DNA of 64,000 nucleotides. Source: Caldisericia bacterium (lineage in GTDB: Bacteria; Caldisericota; Caldisericia; JAAYUI01). The translations under genes and the position numbers were made by a program. The notes beneath the pieces were generated by a model. That model did no database searches. It saw only the letters and a list, made by a program, of their open reading frames with translations, and was not told where the DNA came from. Each line of letters begins with the position of its first letter. Within the stretch, counting starts at the first letter, position 1. The DNA is taken from the NCBI GenBank assembly GCA_963674785.1, contig OY771555.1, positions 1,312,001 to 1,376,000 of the forward strand, written 5' to 3'. This document shows positions 62,195 to 64,000 of this stretch, piece after piece.

Positions 62195-64000
62195 ATGAGT
62201 GAAACAATAACAACAAACCCAAAAAATGTAAAAGGCTCAGTCCTCGTTGTCGGTGGTGGTATTGGTGGTATTCAGACAGCTCTCGACCTTGTTGAATCAG
62301 GTTTCCATGTAACACTTGTTGAGAAGAATCCAACAATTGGTGGAACAATGGGACAGCTGGACAAAACATTCCCAACCAATGATTGTTCCATGTGTATTCT
62401 CTCTCCAAAACTCGTTGAGTGTGGTCGTGAATTGAATATCGACATCATTACAGGTGCTGAGGTTACACACATCAGCGGAAGACCAGGTGATTTCAAGGCT
62501 GAAATCAATGTAACACCAAGATATGTTGATGAGTCACTTTGTACAGGTTGCGGTACTTGTACTCAGTACTGCCCTGTTATCGTTGATTCGAAATTCAATG
62601 AAGGATTGATGGAGAGAAGAGCAATCTATATTGACTTCCCACAGGCAATTCCACTTGTTGCAAAAATTGATAAAGATGCATGTATCGGCTGTCAGATGTG
62701 CGAAAATGTTTGTCTTGCCAAAGCTGTAAAGTTTGGTGATGAGACAACAAAAAGGACAATTGATGTCGGTGCAGTAATTCTTTGTCCAGGATTTGAAGAG
62801 TTTGATGCAGAATCAAAGAAGGAATATGGATACGGAAGATATCCAAATGTTATGACCTCGATTCAGTATGAGAGAGTTCTCAATGCATCAGGTCCATTTG
62901 GTGGACATGTTCTTAGACCATCCGATGGTATGATTCCGAAACGCATCGCTTGGATTCAGTGTGTTGGTTCAAGAGATCCACACATTGATAAACCATATTG
63001 TTCTGGTGTCTGTTGTATGTATGCAACAAAAGAAGCGATTATGACACAGGAACACGTCGAAGATGTCGAAGAGACAATCTTCATCATGGATATGAGAGCT
63101 GTCGGAAAAGGATTTGAACAATACTACAACAGAGCTCAGGGTGAATGGGGAATCAGGTACGTAAGAAGTAGACCTGGTGAGGTCATGGAAGATCCAAAGA
63201 CAAACAATCTTCTTATCAGATATGAGGATGAAGATGGTTCGGAAAAAACTGAAGAGTTTGATTTGGTCATTCTTTCTGTCGGACTTCAAACCGCAAAAGA
63301 GCAGAGAAAACTTGCAGATGATCTTGGTTTGACTCTTACCCAGGATGGATTTGCTCAGACAGAATACACAAATCCACTTGCAACAAGCAGAGATGGTATC
63401 TATGTTGCAGGAGCATTCTCTGGACCAAAAGACATTCCAGAAACAGTAGCTGGAGCAATCGGTGCAGCTGTAAAAGCTGGTGCTGACTGTGCAGCTGCAA
63501 GAAATACAGCGTTAAAAGAGAAGGAATATCCACCAGAAAAAGATGTCAGCAATGAAGAACCAAGAGTTGGTTGTTTCATCTGTCATTGTGGTATCAACAT
63601 TGCAAATACGGTTGACGTTCTAAATGTTGTTGAGTATGCAAAATCATTACCAAATGTGGAGTTTGCAACAAACAACCTCTACACATGTTCTCAGGACACC
63701 CAGGAGGCGATGGCAAAAATCATTAAGGAACACAACCTTAATAGAATTGTTGTTGCATCTTGTACCCCAAGAACTCACCTTCCACTCTTTAAAGAAACCC
63801 TTAAAGAGGCAGGACTAAATCCATATCTTGTTGAGATGGCAAACATCAGAGAACACTGTTCATGGATTCACCAAAAGGATCCAATGCAGGCAACTGATAA
63901 AGCAAAAGACCTTGTAAGAATGGCTGTTGCAAAAGCAAGAATCCTTACTCCTCTTGCGGTAACATCTATCCCGGTCACAAATTCAGTTCTTGTTGTTGGT
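62195..64000 (+). CDS. hdrA: Large HdrA-like flavoprotein (partial, runs off the window end)
   Basis: GGAGG SD; VLVVGGGIGG, GG.M.QLDKTFPTNDCSMC, IQCVGSRD, YCSGVCCMY, GPKDIP; then a second HdrA N-terminal module RVGCFICHCG..CTPRTH..NIREHCSW and a second VLVVG. Confidence 0.92.
   Translation, partial: MSETITTNPKNVKGSVLVVGGGIGGIQTALDLVESGFHVTLVEKNPTIGGTMGQLDKTFPTNDCSMCILSPKLVECGRELNIDIITGAEVTHISGRPGDFKAEINVTPRYVDESLCTGCGTCTQYCPVIVDSKFNEGLMERRAIYIDFPQAIPLVAKIDKDACIGCQMCENVCLAKAVKFGDETTKRTIDVGAVILCPGFEEFDAESKKEYGYGRYPNVMTSIQYERVLNASGPFGGHVLRPSDGMIPKRIAWIQCVGSRDPHIDKPYCSGVCCMYATKEAIMTQEHVEDVEETIFIMDMRAVGKGFEQYYNRAQGEWGIRYVRSRPGEVMEDPKTNNLLIRYEDEDGSEKTEEFDLVILSVGLQTAKEQRKLADDLGLTLTQDGFAQTEYTNPLATSRDGIYVAGAFSGPKDIPETVAGAIGAAVKAGADCAAARNTALKEKEYPPEKDVSNEEPRVGCFICHCGINIANTVDVLNVVEYAKSLPNVEFATNNLYTCSQDTQEAMAKIIKEHNLNRIVVASCTPRTHLPLFKETLKEAGLNPYLVEMANIREHCSWIHQKDPMQATDKAKDLVRMAVAKARILTPLAVTSIPVTNSVLVVG

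Noticed and set aside
61405-64000. Selenocysteine recoding in MvhD/HdrA
   Set aside because: Ligand positions are Cys codons and no in-frame TGA interrupts either ORF

Overview
AT-rich bacterial chromosomal window, probably from an anaerobe. The mix of copper-amine-oxidase N-terminal ('stalk') domain surface proteins, dockerin/cohesin modules, Fhs and an Hdr cluster is reminiscent of Caldisericota-like lineages (inference only). Housekeeping genes: ligA, recN, nadK, folD, fhs, lgt, ridA, polA, coaE, a peroxiredoxin and a rhomboid protease. I saw no rRNA, tRNA, CRISPR array or mobile element. Main points of interest: (1) a possible non-cellulolytic cohesin-dockerin surface assembly made of a cohesin+stalk anchor, a 1731-aa PQQ-propeller/Ig/cohesin/dockerin adaptor and two dockerin-bearing esterases; (2) an hdrC-hdrB operon with an NAD(P)/FAD oxidoreductase, a CooF-like ferredoxin fusion, an extended MvhD and a double-module HdrA (runs off the window); (3) an archaeal-type gatE without an adjacent gatD; (4) a 2TM-RCK channel with no GYG filter and an internal SD-led start; (5) about ten genes with a -35/-10 promoter placed directly against the ATG, suggesting frequent leaderless mRNAs. 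All family calls come from motif recognition by eye; no searches were run.
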